From positions 1-56,262 of IMG/VR virus record IMGVR_UViG_3300009506_000039: 56,262 nt of DNA; one strand, given 5' to 3'. The DNA is from a virus (taxonomy: Duplodnaviria; Caudoviricetes). Both the position numbers and the translations under genes were made by a program. Shown piece after piece: positions 28,704 through 37,787 of this stretch. The first letter of the stretch is position 1; each line of letters opens with the position of its first letter. The notes below the pieces were generated by a model. It had not been told where the DNA came from and searched no databases. It was given only the letters and a program-made list of their open reading frames with translations.

Positions 28704-30419
28704 TTACAGTTCGACAATCGCCTCTTGAACGTCTTGAGGCAAGTACTTACGAACGCGCTTCCAATTGCCGTCTGCAATACAGACGAGCCCGGCGACTGTC
28801 TCGTCTGTGTCATAGTCGCCTGGGTTGCCACGACGAGTGCGCCCGAGAGCTTGCGCAAGCTTGTTACCAGTGCGCGCAAGATACATGCGCCCAGAGTAGG
28901 CCATGCGCGCTTTCTCATACGGATCGCCTAGAGGGGGATAGGGCACTTTGGCGGCAATGCATATGCGCTCGTCTCGGCCGTCGAACCCCTCCCACCAGCC
29001 CCATGCGATTATGATAGAATTGGGCACAAGCTCTTTGCGGCGCTCCCACGCGGCAAATTGCTCATTGGTTCCGAGAGACATGCCGCGCTCGTCTGTCTCT
29101 GGGCAAGGCCACACGCGATCGCGCAGCCCGAGCCCCCAGAGTCGACGTGCAAGATACTGTGCCTCAGTCTTGCGTGTGACGTGTATGATCCCGCTCCACG
29201 ACTCGGGCACGCTCTTGATCGCATCGGCGATCACTTGCGCTTGCTGTGCGTAGTCGGCGGGCGTGCTCTTGTATCCCATCTTGGGCGCGTTGAGCGCGTA
29301 CACTGGGCGACTCTTTGCGGGCCAAGGCGACGGGATCGCGTGCGTGATCGTATCATCGGGGAGCCCGAGCTCTTGCTTGAACGTCTCAAAGTCCCCGATT
29401 GTCGCAGACATGAGCACAAGGCGCGGGCGCTCTGAGTCTGTCGGGAAATAGCGTGAAAAGTGATGCCGCGCAGTCAGGGGGCGCACGACGATCCCCGGCG
29501 CTCTGCCTCCGTTTGGCAGTTCGATTGCAGAGAGCCCAGAGTCAATGTACCAGTCCGCCTCAACCTCGTCAAGTGCGTCTTTGACAGCCGCGAGACGCGC
29601 GATCAGGTTCGCGCAAGCACGAGCGCGATCAACCGCGCCGCGCTCGACGAGCTCCGCATGCGTGCTTGTCAAAGTCGAGCTTGCGAGATCGATCCACGAG
29701 ATCACACGCTCTTGTGCACTCGTCGTCGGCAATTGCTTTTCAGCTTGCGCAGTGTTCATGAGCCCCTGCGGTCCCTTTGCAGCTTGCCCGTGAGTCTGCG
29801 CAATCGGGAACGGGGGCAAGTGCCACGTGCGCCTTGCGGCATCGTTGAAACGAAAGCCCGCAAAGTCGAGCACGACGTCTGACAGTTCATGCGCCTCGTC
29901 GCAGAACAGATACCCCGGCTTTTTCTCGTTTCTCAAGCCGATGCTGCGCAGCCAGTACGCATAATTCACGACGCCCCAGTCGGACGCATAAAGCGCGACT
30001 TTCGCCTGATGATAGGGGCACTCAGAGAGAAAAGGGCAATCATACATGCCGCGCTCTGACTCTGCGCACAAGCACTCAGCCGCAGTGTAGCCGGGTTCGG
30101 CGTCGTCGTGCACGCATGCATAGTTCGAGCGCCCGTACAAGGGATCGGCCCCATAGGAGCGATCGTAATTGTCTTGCTGCAAGACTTTTGTCCGGGTCAT
30201 TGCAAGAGCGCCCCGAACACTTGCAAGCGCCGCAGCATACGACGTCTTACCTAGCCCGGTGGGTGCCTCAAGGATGATCGGGGCCGTGCCCTCTTGTTCT
30301 AGTAGCCAGCGGATCGTCTCAAGTTGCCCAGTGCGCCATGCTGTGTGCGACTCAGGCAAGCCAAAGTCTTGAGGGGTTGGGTCCGCGCCCTCAAGTCGCG
30401 GTTGGTCGTGTGTGCTCAC
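28704..30419 (-). CDS. DinG/XPD-family SF2 helicase with Fe-S cluster cysteines
   Basis: LEAPTGLGKT, GRSNYAC...C...CP...CPY, CDEAHE, MSAT, WWEGFD, KVPYP, QALGRTRR; GTG start 30419 with RBS AAGGAG. Confidence 0.9.
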   Translation of the reverse strand: MSTHDQPRLEGADPTPQDFGLPESHTAWRTGQLETIRWLLEQEGTAPIILEAPTGLGKTSYAAALASVRGALAMTRTKVLQQDNYDRSYGADPLYGRSNYACVHDDAEPGYTAAECLCAESERGMYDCPFLSECPYHQAKVALYASDWGVVNYAYWLRSIGLRNEKKPGYLFCDEAHELSDVVLDFAGFRFNDAARRTWHLPPFPIAQTHGQAAKGPQGLMNTAQAEKQLPTTSAQERVISWIDLASSTLTSTHAELVERGAVDRARACANLIARLAAVKDALDEVEADWYIDSGLSAIELPNGGRAPGIVVRPLTARHHFSRYFPTDSERPRLVLMSATIGDFETFKQELGLPDDTITHAIPSPWPAKSRPVYALNAPKMGYKSTPADYAQQAQVIADAIKSVPESWSGIIHVTRKTEAQYLARRLWGLGLRDRVWPCPETDERGMSLGTNEQFAAWERRKELVPNSIIIAWGWWEGFDGRDERICIAAKVPYPPLGDPYEKARMAYSGRMYLARTGNKLAQALGRTRRGNPGDYDTDETVAGLVCIADGNWKRVRKYLPQDVQEAIVEL

Positions 30420-30460
30420 GTCTGACTCCTTATAGGGTTGTGGTGGATAGAAAAGAACGA

Positions 30461-31552
30461 TCAAGCGCCCATCGGCGGGGGCGCAAAACCTCTGCAATGT
30501 GGGGTTACACTGACATCGCGCGCGACGAGATCGCGACTCGCAGCGTGTGCGACGTCGAGCGCGTCGAGCCCCTGTCGGATAAATTGTATATCTTTCCAAC
30601 CAGTATACATGTTAACCGACAGCTTGACAGAGACGAGCGTCCACGAGTGCACGCGCCCACCCGATGCGATCACGCGTCGAGAGAACGCAAGCATGCGCTT
30701 TTCCATAGCGCGCTCAAGCTCGTCGACGTCGAACGCGGGATCGAGATCGGCTGTTTCAACGATCGCGGCGTCTGCGCACTGCGAGAGCGTCATGCTCGTG
30801 CCCGCCTCAACGTATACCTTTGGCGTCTTGACTGTGATCTCTGCGCTCTCGTCGTCTGTGCTTGCTGCACTGTCAAGAGCTTTGCCCAGAGAGCCCGAGA
30901 CTCGACGAGAGCCCGGCGTCTCCGCGGCGCGCTCCCAGAAAGACACGCCCATGACTTGCTCGTCCTCAAGGTGCTCTGTCTCGATCACGCGCACAGACTC
31001 GGGCGGGTCGAGCTCGTCGAGCCCGTACACCGTCGAGTCAAAGACGATCACGTCGCCAAGGTCTGGGTGGGGAATGCGCAAGTATGCCGCCTTGTGATCG
31101 CGCAGCTTGCGTGCGATCTTTGTCGCCTCTTGCTCTGTCATCACAAGAGCAAGCGGGGATGCTGTCTGCGCGCGTATTCTGTCCCACCGAGCAATAAAGT
31201 CTGCTTTTCTCTCTGCGAGACAGTGCGGGCAACCTTCACGCCACAGACCGCACTTGTACTTGATCGGGCGGAACCCGCCGCTTGCGGGGTTCATGATCAC
31301 GCCGAACGTGCCGCACATGCTCAAGCGCTTTGCGATCTTTGCCTTGCTCTTTGTTGGGCCGTACAAGTCGGGGCTCAGTTCTGACAAGTGGCGCAAGTCG
31401 GGGAGACTGTCGAGGTACGCGTCCTCGTGCATGATTGTGTCAAAGTCGACGGTAACTTGAGGACGTCGACTGTCCATGAGTCTGTCAAACTTGTCAAAGT
31501 CGACGAACGACTCGGGACGCATGTCGGCGGCGGGTTGTGGTGTTGTGTTCAT
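30461..31552 (-). CDS. Zinc-finger protein, possible replication initiator
   Basis: RLSMCGTF...YKCGLWREGCPHCLAER resembles the N-terminal Zn finger of rolling-circle Rep/IS91-type proteins; RBS AAGGAG; function is inference. Confidence 0.45.
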   Translation of the reverse strand: MNTTPQPAADMRPESFVDFDKFDRLMDSRRPQVTVDFDTIMHEDAYLDSLPDLRHLSELSPDLYGPTKSKAKIAKRLSMCGTFGVIMNPASGGFRPIKYKCGLWREGCPHCLAERKADFIARWDRIRAQTASPLALVMTEQEATKIARKLRDHKAAYLRIPHPDLGDVIVFDSTVYGLDELDPPESVRVIETEHLEDEQVMGVSFWERAAETPGSRRVSGSLGKALDSAASTDDESAEITVKTPKVYVEAGTSMTLSQCADAAIVETADLDPAFDVDELERAMEKRMLAFSRRVIASGGRVHSWTLVSVKLSVNMYTGWKDIQFIRQGLDALDVAHAASRDLVARDVSVTPHCRGFAPPPMGA

Positions 31553-31559
31553 GCCTGGC

Positions 31560-32005
31560 TCCTTGGCGGTAGAAAGTTCGAGACTGATCAAGAGTCGTCA
31601 TCCTGATCAGTCTCTCGTGAGCTTGGGTGGTCCCCGACAAGCTCTGCTAGATTGTCGCGCACACCCCCCGGACGACAGTATTGGAGGTGCTTGCGCTTGC
31701 CCGCGCGGCTTACGGGTTACTCTCCCCCTTTGTCGAGAGTCAAGTCTAGGCGCTTTCGCGCGCTCTTTTGCCTGTGGCTATAGTCCGCCGAGAAAAGGAA
31801 CGGGTAGAACCTCGTGATACTCTCTCGCCAAAGCCCGCGCCGCATCTTGCGGACAGCAAGGGGAGTGCGATCTTGTCGTGCGCCCTTGGGAGGTTTTTGC
31901 TGCGCACACAGCAGAGAGCACACACGACAGGAAGCGGCACGACCGGGGGATCGCACGCCCCTTGCTAACCACAAGACTCTGGGCTATGAGGATGGGAATG
32001 TGCTA
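31560..32005 (-). ncRNA. Putative structured leader/ncRNA (~450 nt)
   Basis: No credible ORF; multiple stems including a 17/18-bp inverted repeat 31856-31873 / 31949-31966; promoter immediately upstream. Confidence 0.45.
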
Positions 32006-32010
32006 TGCTC

Positions 32011-32040
32011 ATTATAGCACACCCCACCCTTTTTTTGCAA
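32011..32040 (-). promoter_or_regulatory. Promoter class B, copy 2
   Basis: Minus strand TTGCAA-18-TATAAT preceded by GTGTGC. Confidence 0.7.
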
Positions 32041-32048
32041 GTGCCAAA

Positions 32049-32339
32049 TTACGCGCTCTCGACGTCAAAGAGTGCAGCTTGATCAAAGTGCTTGCGGTAG
32101 TACTTGAAAGACGGGGGATCGGGCGGGGGCCAGTCAGAGCGTCCCCACCCGTGCGCCTCTGCAATCTGTCGCAGTGCTTGCAGCAAGAGATCGCTGTCCT
32201 CGTCCTCTGACAGTTCCTCGATCACGCAGTCGACGTCGCCGCCGTCCCCATTCCAGTACCGATCAAGAGTCTCGTGCATGCTCTCTCTGTCGATCCACAA
32301 GAGTCTCAAGAGCTCGATCACGTTCGCGTTTTCTGTCAT
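32049..32339 (-). CDS. Hypothetical protein (96 aa)
   Basis: ATGA overlap coupling. Confidence 0.7.
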   Translation of the reverse strand: MTENANVIELLRLLWIDRESMHETLDRYWNGDGGDVDCVIEELSEDEDSDLLLQALRQIAEAHGWGRSDWPPPDPPSFKYYRKHFDQAALFDVESA

Positions 32340-32968
32340 GCTGTATACCCCGCCTCTCTGATCGCCTCGTCGAGCATAGCTTTCGCGCCCGGATCGTCTG
32401 GGTCGGGCATGTGACTCAAGAGCTCGTCTCTGATCGCTCTGATCAGCGCGTCGCGCGTCAAGCGCTTGACGTCGACGCGTCGCACGTGCAAGACCCGCTT
32501 GTCGAGCACGCCTGTGCCTTGCTGCGGAAAGTCGCGCGCCGTCGCCTCTCGTCGAGACGTCAAGACATACGGGAAGTCGGGCTCGTTCTTGCGCCTGTTC
32601 AAGATCGCAGCTTGCAAGCGTTCGAGCTCTTTCTTTGAGGCTGTGACAAAGACAGCCACCTCCCCATGCTTGAGCGCGCGCACTTGCTCAAGCTGCGCAG
32701 CCCATCGGCTCGTTCCCCGAACCCGCCCGCGCGACTGCACAAGCCGCGCAGCTTTGCGCACTCTCAGAGTGTACGTGTCCTCTGCGGCGTCTGCCGGCTC
32801 TTTGTTCGTCTTGATCGGAAACTCGTCTTTGCGTGCTTGAGCCAAAAAGTACTTGCGCCAGGTCTCGACGTCTGATCTGTCAAAAACGCGAGTCCACTCG
32901 ACGCACTCTGAGAGAGTCGTCTTGATCTGTTCCCATGCCGCAAGCTGCGGCGTCGTGTTCGTGCTCAC
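32336..32968 (-). CDS. Hypothetical protein (210 aa)
   Basis: RBS GGAGG; coupled to methylase stop. Confidence 0.7.
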   Translation of the reverse strand: MSTNTTPQLAAWEQIKTTLSECVEWTRVFDRSDVETWRKYFLAQARKDEFPIKTNKEPADAAEDTYTLRVRKAARLVQSRGRVRGTSRWAAQLEQVRALKHGEVAVFVTASKKELERLQAAILNRRKNEPDFPYVLTSRREATARDFPQQGTGVLDKRVLHVRRVDVKRLTRDALIRAIRDELLSHMPDPDDPGAKAMLDEAIREAGYTA

Positions 32969-33978
32969 TAGAAAAGCCTCCCTTGTTCGACCATTTCCGA
33001 CTCTGTGTCGTACTCAAGATCGAGATCATTGTACTCGTCGCCAACGTCGAGATCGAAAGGATCGTCGACGAGCGGGCGCACTTGATCGGTGCCCGCGTCC
33101 GTGAGTGCAGTACAGCCGATCCGCTGCGTGCCCTCAAGCGTCAAGACAGAGTCGCCCAAGAGCGCGCCCTGATCGAGCTCTGACTTGTCGACTCGCGCAA
33201 GCGCGGGGATCGACTCTCGCAAGTCGAGCCCGTCGAGCTCGTTCCCCAGACAGTACCAACCGGGCAAGTGACGACGTGCGAACAGTTCGACGTACACATG
33301 CCCGCTCTCAGGGGGATACATGCGCTCTGTTCGTTTCTGCGCCTCGTCAGGCTTGACGCTGTGCTTTTTGTCAGAGCCGGGCAGATATCGGCGCGGCGCA
33401 AAGATCACTTGTCGTCGCGCTTTCGTGCGCTCGAACGTCTTGCCATTGAACACTAGCCCGCTTTCTGTCTCGTGAGCTCGACGAGCAAGCAAGACGATCT
33501 CGACGTTACTCGCAGTATACGCGCCCGGACCAAAGACAGTCAACTTGTCGAGAAACGGCTGCAAGCGCCCCGTCTCTGTGATCTCGTCGACAAGTGATCG
33601 CACTTTGCGCAGTGTGAGCACAGGCATGCGCCAAAAGCTTGCATTGATCTTGATCCACACAAAAGCGCACGTGCAGTACTTGAACCCCCAGGCGCTCATG
33701 AGCTCGAACGCGTCGGGCAGAAAAGGGAACGTCACCCACATGAACAAGTACGCGCGCTCGTCGGCGATCTCGCCGACTGGGATCGTGCTCATGTCGCGCG
33801 TGCTCTCTGTCAAGTACCGCTCACTTGCGCCGATGCCGAAACGAGTCAAGCGCTCTGGGTTGTCTCGACGAGTCGCGCGTCGATTATTGTATCGCCACGC
33901 GGGATCGCAAAAGATCATGCTTGCTTTCACGAGAAACGCTTTGCCAAGTGACGAGCGGCGCGCGCCCGTCCGAGGCAC
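32968..33978 (-). CDS. MT-A70 family N6-adenine DNA methyltransferase
   Basis: CDPAW (DPPW-like), YLFMWVT, WGFKY...FVWIK, HSVKP, VELFAR...GW...GNE. Confidence 0.9.
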   Translation of the reverse strand: MPRTGARRSSLGKAFLVKASMIFCDPAWRYNNRRATRRDNPERLTRFGIGASERYLTESTRDMSTIPVGEIADERAYLFMWVTFPFLPDAFELMSAWGFKYCTCAFVWIKINASFWRMPVLTLRKVRSLVDEITETGRLQPFLDKLTVFGPGAYTASNVEIVLLARRAHETESGLVFNGKTFERTKARRQVIFAPRRYLPGSDKKHSVKPDEAQKRTERMYPPESGHVYVELFARRHLPGWYCLGNELDGLDLRESIPALARVDKSELDQGALLGDSVLTLEGTQRIGCTALTDAGTDQVRPLVDDPFDLDVGDEYNDLDLEYDTESEMVEQGRLF

Positions 33979-34352
33979 GTATCACAGACGACGTGATCTT
34001 TGTCTGCGATCGGCTCCCCACAGTTCGAGCAAGCTGCATACTCAAGATCGAGCTCGCCGCCTGCCGTCTCACGAGCCAACCCGTCGAATACGATACCGTG
34101 ACCGGCCGCGCCGATCTTGAGTCGCACACTGTCTGCCTCGTGCTCTGCGCAGAACACAATAAAGCACGGCGGGGAGTCTCGGCGTCTTGAGACTTGCGAT
34201 ATACACACGAACATGTGACCCCGGCGCGGCTGCAGTTCTATACCCAGCCCGCCGAGTCCGTCAGCGATTATGAGCTTTACATGCTCACCTTGACGATCTC
34301 TCTGGGGCGCGATTGTCGATACGCCCACATGCGTGCACTCGTCGATCCTCAT
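33927..34352 (-). CDS. Hypothetical protein with C-terminal zinc ribbon
   Basis: CSNCG...VCDTC; ATGA overlap. Confidence 0.5.
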   Translation of the reverse strand: MRIDECTHVGVSTIAPQRDRQGEHVKLIIADGLGGLGIELQPRRGHMFVCISQVSRRRDSPPCFIVFCAEHEADSVRLKIGAAGHGIVFDGLARETAGGELDLEYAACSNCGEPIADKDHVVCDTCLGRARAARHLAKRFS

Positions 34353-34702
34353 TGAGACACCTCCAAGACGAGAGCGGGCGCGATCTCTGCCTCGTCGGGG
34401 CTGACTTGCTTCCAGCCTTGTGCAATCATACTGCGCAGCAAGTGCCCGCCCATCGCCTCAAGCTCGTCTTTGTCGAGCACTTTGATCGCCCAACCCTTGC
34501 GGGCGCCGTGCCTTGCAAAGACGATATTGCCCTCATAACGTCGCCACGCTTGGCGAACTTTCCAGCGGGCGTTACTCGACGTGACCTCGTCGATCTTGAT
34601 CGCGTGCTCTCTGTCTTTGCACTCTGGGCACGCCGTTCGCCCGTCGTCCATAAGTCTGGGCGTCAAGGTGCGCCCATAGCAGACCTCACATACTGCAAAC
34701 AT
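34349..34702 (-). CDS. Hypothetical zinc-ribbon protein
   Basis: CEVC...CPEC; RBS AAAGAGG; ATG 34702. Confidence 0.65.
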   Translation of the reverse strand: MFAVCEVCYGRTLTPRLMDDGRTACPECKDREHAIKIDEVTSSNARWKVRQAWRRYEGNIVFARHGARKGWAIKVLDKDELEAMGGHLLRSMIAQGWKQVSPDEAEIAPALVLEVSQ

Positions 34703-34703
34703 G

Positions 34704-35159
34704 TCAACCTCTTTTCTTGAACTCTGTATACTGTGCGCGCTTGTACGCGCGTTTGCCGCTGCACACGGGGCAGAACGGTCGAGCACCGCCCCATGCTTTG
34801 AGCCTGAACTCGACAGAGAGATCGTACCCTTCCCAGGGGCGCGCAACCTCAAGCCTGACCTCTTTGATCTTGTCGGGCAGTCTGCGGCGCGGGCGCTCTG
34901 GGTCGGGCTCTGTGTTGAACAGTGCGCGCAAGAACGCGCACGAGTCGCCCCTCAAGTGCTCCTCAAAGCGCTCGTCGATCTCTCTCTGTGTCGAGCCGAT
35001 ATAATGGATCACGAGCTCTTGATCGTCGTCGCCGTGCGTGATCGTGATATGCAGCAAGTATATATTGCCGACCCGCTTTTTGTTGTCTCGTGTGACGAGT
35101 CTGATCTCGTCGTCTGACAGTCGAGACTTGACTCGCCCAGTGCGCCAGGGGGAGCTCAT
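34704..35159 (-). CDS. GIY-YIG nuclease
   Basis: GNIYLLH...HYIGST...RFEEH...E.RLK...CPVC. Confidence 0.85.
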   Translation of the reverse strand: MSSPWRTGRVKSRLSDDEIRLVTRDNKKRVGNIYLLHITITHGDDDQELVIHYIGSTQREIDERFEEHLRGDSCAFLRALFNTEPDPERPRRRLPDKIKEVRLEVARPWEGYDLSVEFRLKAWGGARPFCPVCSGKRAYKRAQYTEFKKRG

Positions 35160-35374
35160 GAGTACCACTTGTCCATGTCGTCGAACGTCTCGATCAGAGT
35201 CTCGACGCGCGCAGCAAGGGGCGTGCCCCTTGCGAACTCTCGCAAGACGTCGCAGAGAATACGATCCGCCTGTTCGTGCTCGTCGTCCCCCGGTGCCCAC
35301 TGCGAGAGCAAGCGCATGCGTATGAGCTTTGCCTCAAGTACTTGTTCGACTTGGTTCTCTTTCTGTGCGTCCAT
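35156..35374 (-). CDS. Small phage protein (72 aa)
   Basis: RBS AGGAG; EHEQADRILC...FDDMDKWYS. Confidence 0.65.
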   Translation of the reverse strand: MDAQKENQVEQVLEAKLIRMRLLSQWAPGDDEHEQADRILCDVLREFARGTPLAARVETLIETFDDMDKWYS

Positions 35375-35375
35375 G

Positions 35376-35837
35376 CTAGTCGTTCTCCTGTCCTGATTGC
35401 TCATAATCTGCACGACAAGACGCGCAGACAGCGCGGGGCGCGTCGACTGGGTTTTTGCCGCAAGCTGCGCACGGGATACGCGCCCAGCCGGTGACGTCGT
35501 GTACGTGCTCACAGTGCGCGTTATGCACATCTTGCACGAGATCGCGCGCGACTCGCCCAAGTCTGACATGCCACATAGTTTGAGCCCAGACGACTCGGGC
35601 GGAGTCGTCGCCGTCGAGCGGCTGCACGAGCCCCCGAACAAAGAGCTCAAGCTCGTCGGCTTGTCTGTTCAAGAGCTCGATCAAGTCGGTGCACTCGCGC
35701 TGCAGAGTCGGGGACGCTTTCACGTGATCGCAGAGCTCCCCCGCGTCTTTTGCTTGCTCTCTCAGTTCAAGATACATCATGGCCAAGTGCGCGATCACGT
35801 GAGTCTCTTGTCTCTTGCTCCACTGTCGTGTGTTCAC
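35376..35837 (-). CDS. Hypothetical protein with C-terminal zinc ribbon (153 aa)
   Basis: RBS GGAGG; CAAC...CASC. Confidence 0.7.
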   Translation of the reverse strand: MNTRQWSKRQETHVIAHLAMMYLELREQAKDAGELCDHVKASPTLQRECTDLIELLNRQADELELFVRGLVQPLDGDDSARVVWAQTMWHVRLGRVARDLVQDVHNAHCEHVHDVTGWARIPCAACGKNPVDAPRAVCASCRADYEQSGQEND

Positions 35838-36172
35838 AGTTCTACCTCCCTGCCTTCTGCTAGAATGGTTCCGAGCTTGTGATAATTGGGCAAGACGTCG
35901 GCCGCGTACGCGATCCTGTCGAGATCGTCGAGCCCCATGTCGATCAAGAATTGTGCCGCGTCGAGTCGCATGCTTGCTGTGATCTCTGCGCTCGTGCTCA
36001 CGACGTCTTGTGCAGCTTGTGCGACTATAAGCACGAGCACGCGCATGTCATCGTAGCCCGGCACTTGCCAATGGTCGTCGATCTCTCTCAGTGTAGCAAG
36101 CAAGTGCTCGACGTCTGGGGGCAAGCTCTCTTTTGCTTTGTTCTTTGCGCCCTTTGGTCTACCGCGTGGCAT
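35834..36172 (-). CDS. Hypothetical protein with AT-hook-like N-terminus
   Basis: MPRGRPKGAKNK; RBS GAGG. Confidence 0.65.
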   Translation of the reverse strand: MPRGRPKGAKNKAKESLPPDVEHLLATLREIDDHWQVPGYDDMRVLVLIVAQAAQDVVSTSAEITASMRLDAAQFLIDMGLDDLDRIAYAADVLPNYHKLGTILAEGREVEL

Positions 36173-36527
36173 AGTCGTCGTCCTCAAAGATCAAGCGCCC
36201 GTCGTCAAAGTCGACGACGGCGAGCCAGACCCAGTGCTCAGGCTCGTCGAGAACGTCGACCCCAGAGATCGGGTCATACGCGCCCGAGTCGAACAAGTCA
36301 GAGAACCAGACGCACGACTCGACGAGCGCGGTGAGGTTGAGCTCGTCAGTCATCGGGTCGACGTGCTCGTCTGCGTCTGTCTCGAAAAAGTGGATCGTGT
36401 GCGCGTACAGAGTCGCAGCGCGCGTCTTGATCTCTTTCGTCAAGTCTGCGCGATCGGCGCGCGCGGAGTACGTGCTCAAGACATAGTCGGGCAAGTTGGC
36501 GATCTGTCGTTTCATGTGTGCGTTCAT
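36159..36527 (-). CDS. Hypothetical acidic protein (122 aa)
   Basis: AGAAAGAGAG leader motif before ATG. Confidence 0.7.
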   Translation of the reverse strand: MNAHMKRQIANLPDYVLSTYSARADRADLTKEIKTRAATLYAHTIHFFETDADEHVDPMTDELNLTALVESCVWFSDLFDSGAYDPISGVDVLDEPEHWVWLAVVDFDDGRLIFEDDDYATR

Positions 36528-36547
36528 GAGTGTGCGCTCTCTTTCTA

Positions 36548-36946
36548 CTAGGCGACGAGCTCAAGCTCGTCTGGGCGGGGTGCAAACGCTCGACGCTGCG
36601 CGCGCATGTCTGCATAGTCTGACAAGACGGAGCGTGCTTTGCTCGTGGCGTTCTCAAGTGCGATCAGTGCGTCGGTCAAAACCTCTGCGTACTGTGTGCG
36701 CTCTGTCTCGGGCTCGACGTAAAGATCAAAGTCGCGCTCGACGTCGCGCAGTGCTTGGCGAGTCTCTGAGAGCAAGCACTCACAGTGCGGAAGCTCCGTT
36801 TTTAAGTGCTCGACATACGCGCGCTCGACGTGCGCCGACTCTCTCGTCTCAAAGAGTGCGTCGACTTTGTGACGTGCGGCCCAGAGTCTCCCGACGTATA
36901 CGCGCGCTGTGCGATCTTGGCCTGCTAGTGTCCAGAGCTTGTGCAT
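36548..36946 (-). CDS. Hypothetical protein (132 aa)
   Basis: TAATG overlap coupling. Confidence 0.7.
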   Translation of the reverse strand: MHKLWTLAGQDRTARVYVGRLWAARHKVDALFETRESAHVERAYVEHLKTELPHCECLLSETRQALRDVERDFDLYVEPETERTQYAEVLTDALIALENATSKARSVLSDYADMRAQRRAFAPRPDELELVA

Positions 36947-37266
36947 TATAGCGTCTCACTTTCGATCTCTGACTCTGCGCGCAAGATTGCGAGAGTATAG
37001 CGGATCACGATCTGATGGAACGGGGTAGCATGGCGATCAAGCTGTGCGCGCATCTTGAGCGCTATGAGCTCGTGGCGACTCTGAGGAATTGCGAGTCTGA
37101 AAGACTCGCCCCAGGTCGTGCAGTATAGCGCTTGCTTTTCCTCGCCGGGCACGCGCTCAAAGTCGTACACGTAGCCATTGACGGTGCGCATGCGCTTGCT
37201 GCGCAAAAGTCTTGTCGTCGTCTTTGCTATTGCGATCTCAAGTGCGGACTGTGCTTGTGTGCTCAT
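36946..37266 (-). CDS. Hypothetical protein (106 aa)
   Basis: First gene after class A promoter; GAAAGAGAG leader. Confidence 0.7.
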   Translation of the reverse strand: MSTQAQSALEIAIAKTTTRLLRSKRMRTVNGYVYDFERVPGEEKQALYCTTWGESFRLAIPQSRHELIALKMRAQLDRHATPFHQIVIRYTLAILRAESEIESETL

Positions 37267-37304
37267 TGATCTCTCTTTCGTCTGTCTCTGTGCGTTCAAC
37301 TTAC

Positions 37305-37339
37305 GACTAGATTATATCATACTCGGAACCACTTGTCAA
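37305..37339 (-). promoter_or_regulatory. Early promoter class A, copy 2
   Basis: Minus strand TTGACA-17-TATAAT; shared GACTAGATTATATCA. Confidence 0.85.
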
Positions 37340-37354
37340 GCATGACTTTCCCCT

Positions 37355-37438
37355 TTTTCGCAAAGTGCTTGCCTTTTTATTCCTCACGTGGTATAATGCC
37401 TACATAGAAAAGCCGCTTTTCTGCGAACTTTGCGAAAA
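37355..37438 (+). promoter_or_regulatory. Partition-island promoter flanked by 12-bp inverted repeat
   Basis: TTGCCT(37369)-17-TATAAT(37392) with TG; TTTTCGCAAAGT (37355-66) / ACTTTGCGAAAA (37427-38). Confidence 0.7.
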
Positions 37439-37460
37439 GCTCACACGACAAGGAGCGAAC

Positions 37461-37754
37461 ATGACAAAAGGCTTGTCGACGAAAGACGCAATCAAAGCAC
37501 GTGCAGCGCTTACGGGCGCTGTGTCTGAGCCGGGCATGGCCGACGACGTCGAGCACGTTCTCGCCTGGATCAGGGCAAGCGCGCCGGTCGTCGCCCCGTA
37601 CAAGCTCACGGGGGCACACGTGCTAACAGCCGCTTTGCAGCGCGTTCCGATTGCTCTTGGCGACGACGATCAGATCGTCGCCATCGTTCTACCCGCCGAC
37701 GAGCATGGCCTCATGGCCGCGCTCGGATACGTCGCCTCGACTACCCAACCGTAA
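37461..37754 (+). CDS. Hypothetical protein (97 aa)
   Basis: RBS AAGGAG; first gene of island. Confidence 0.75.
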   Translation: MTKGLSTKDAIKARAALTGAVSEPGMADDVEHVLAWIRASAPVVAPYKLTGAHVLTAALQRVPIALGDDDQIVAIVLPADEHGLMAALGYVASTTQP

Positions 37755-37787
37755 GATCGAGCGGCAGGAACCCGAAAGGAGTCCAAC

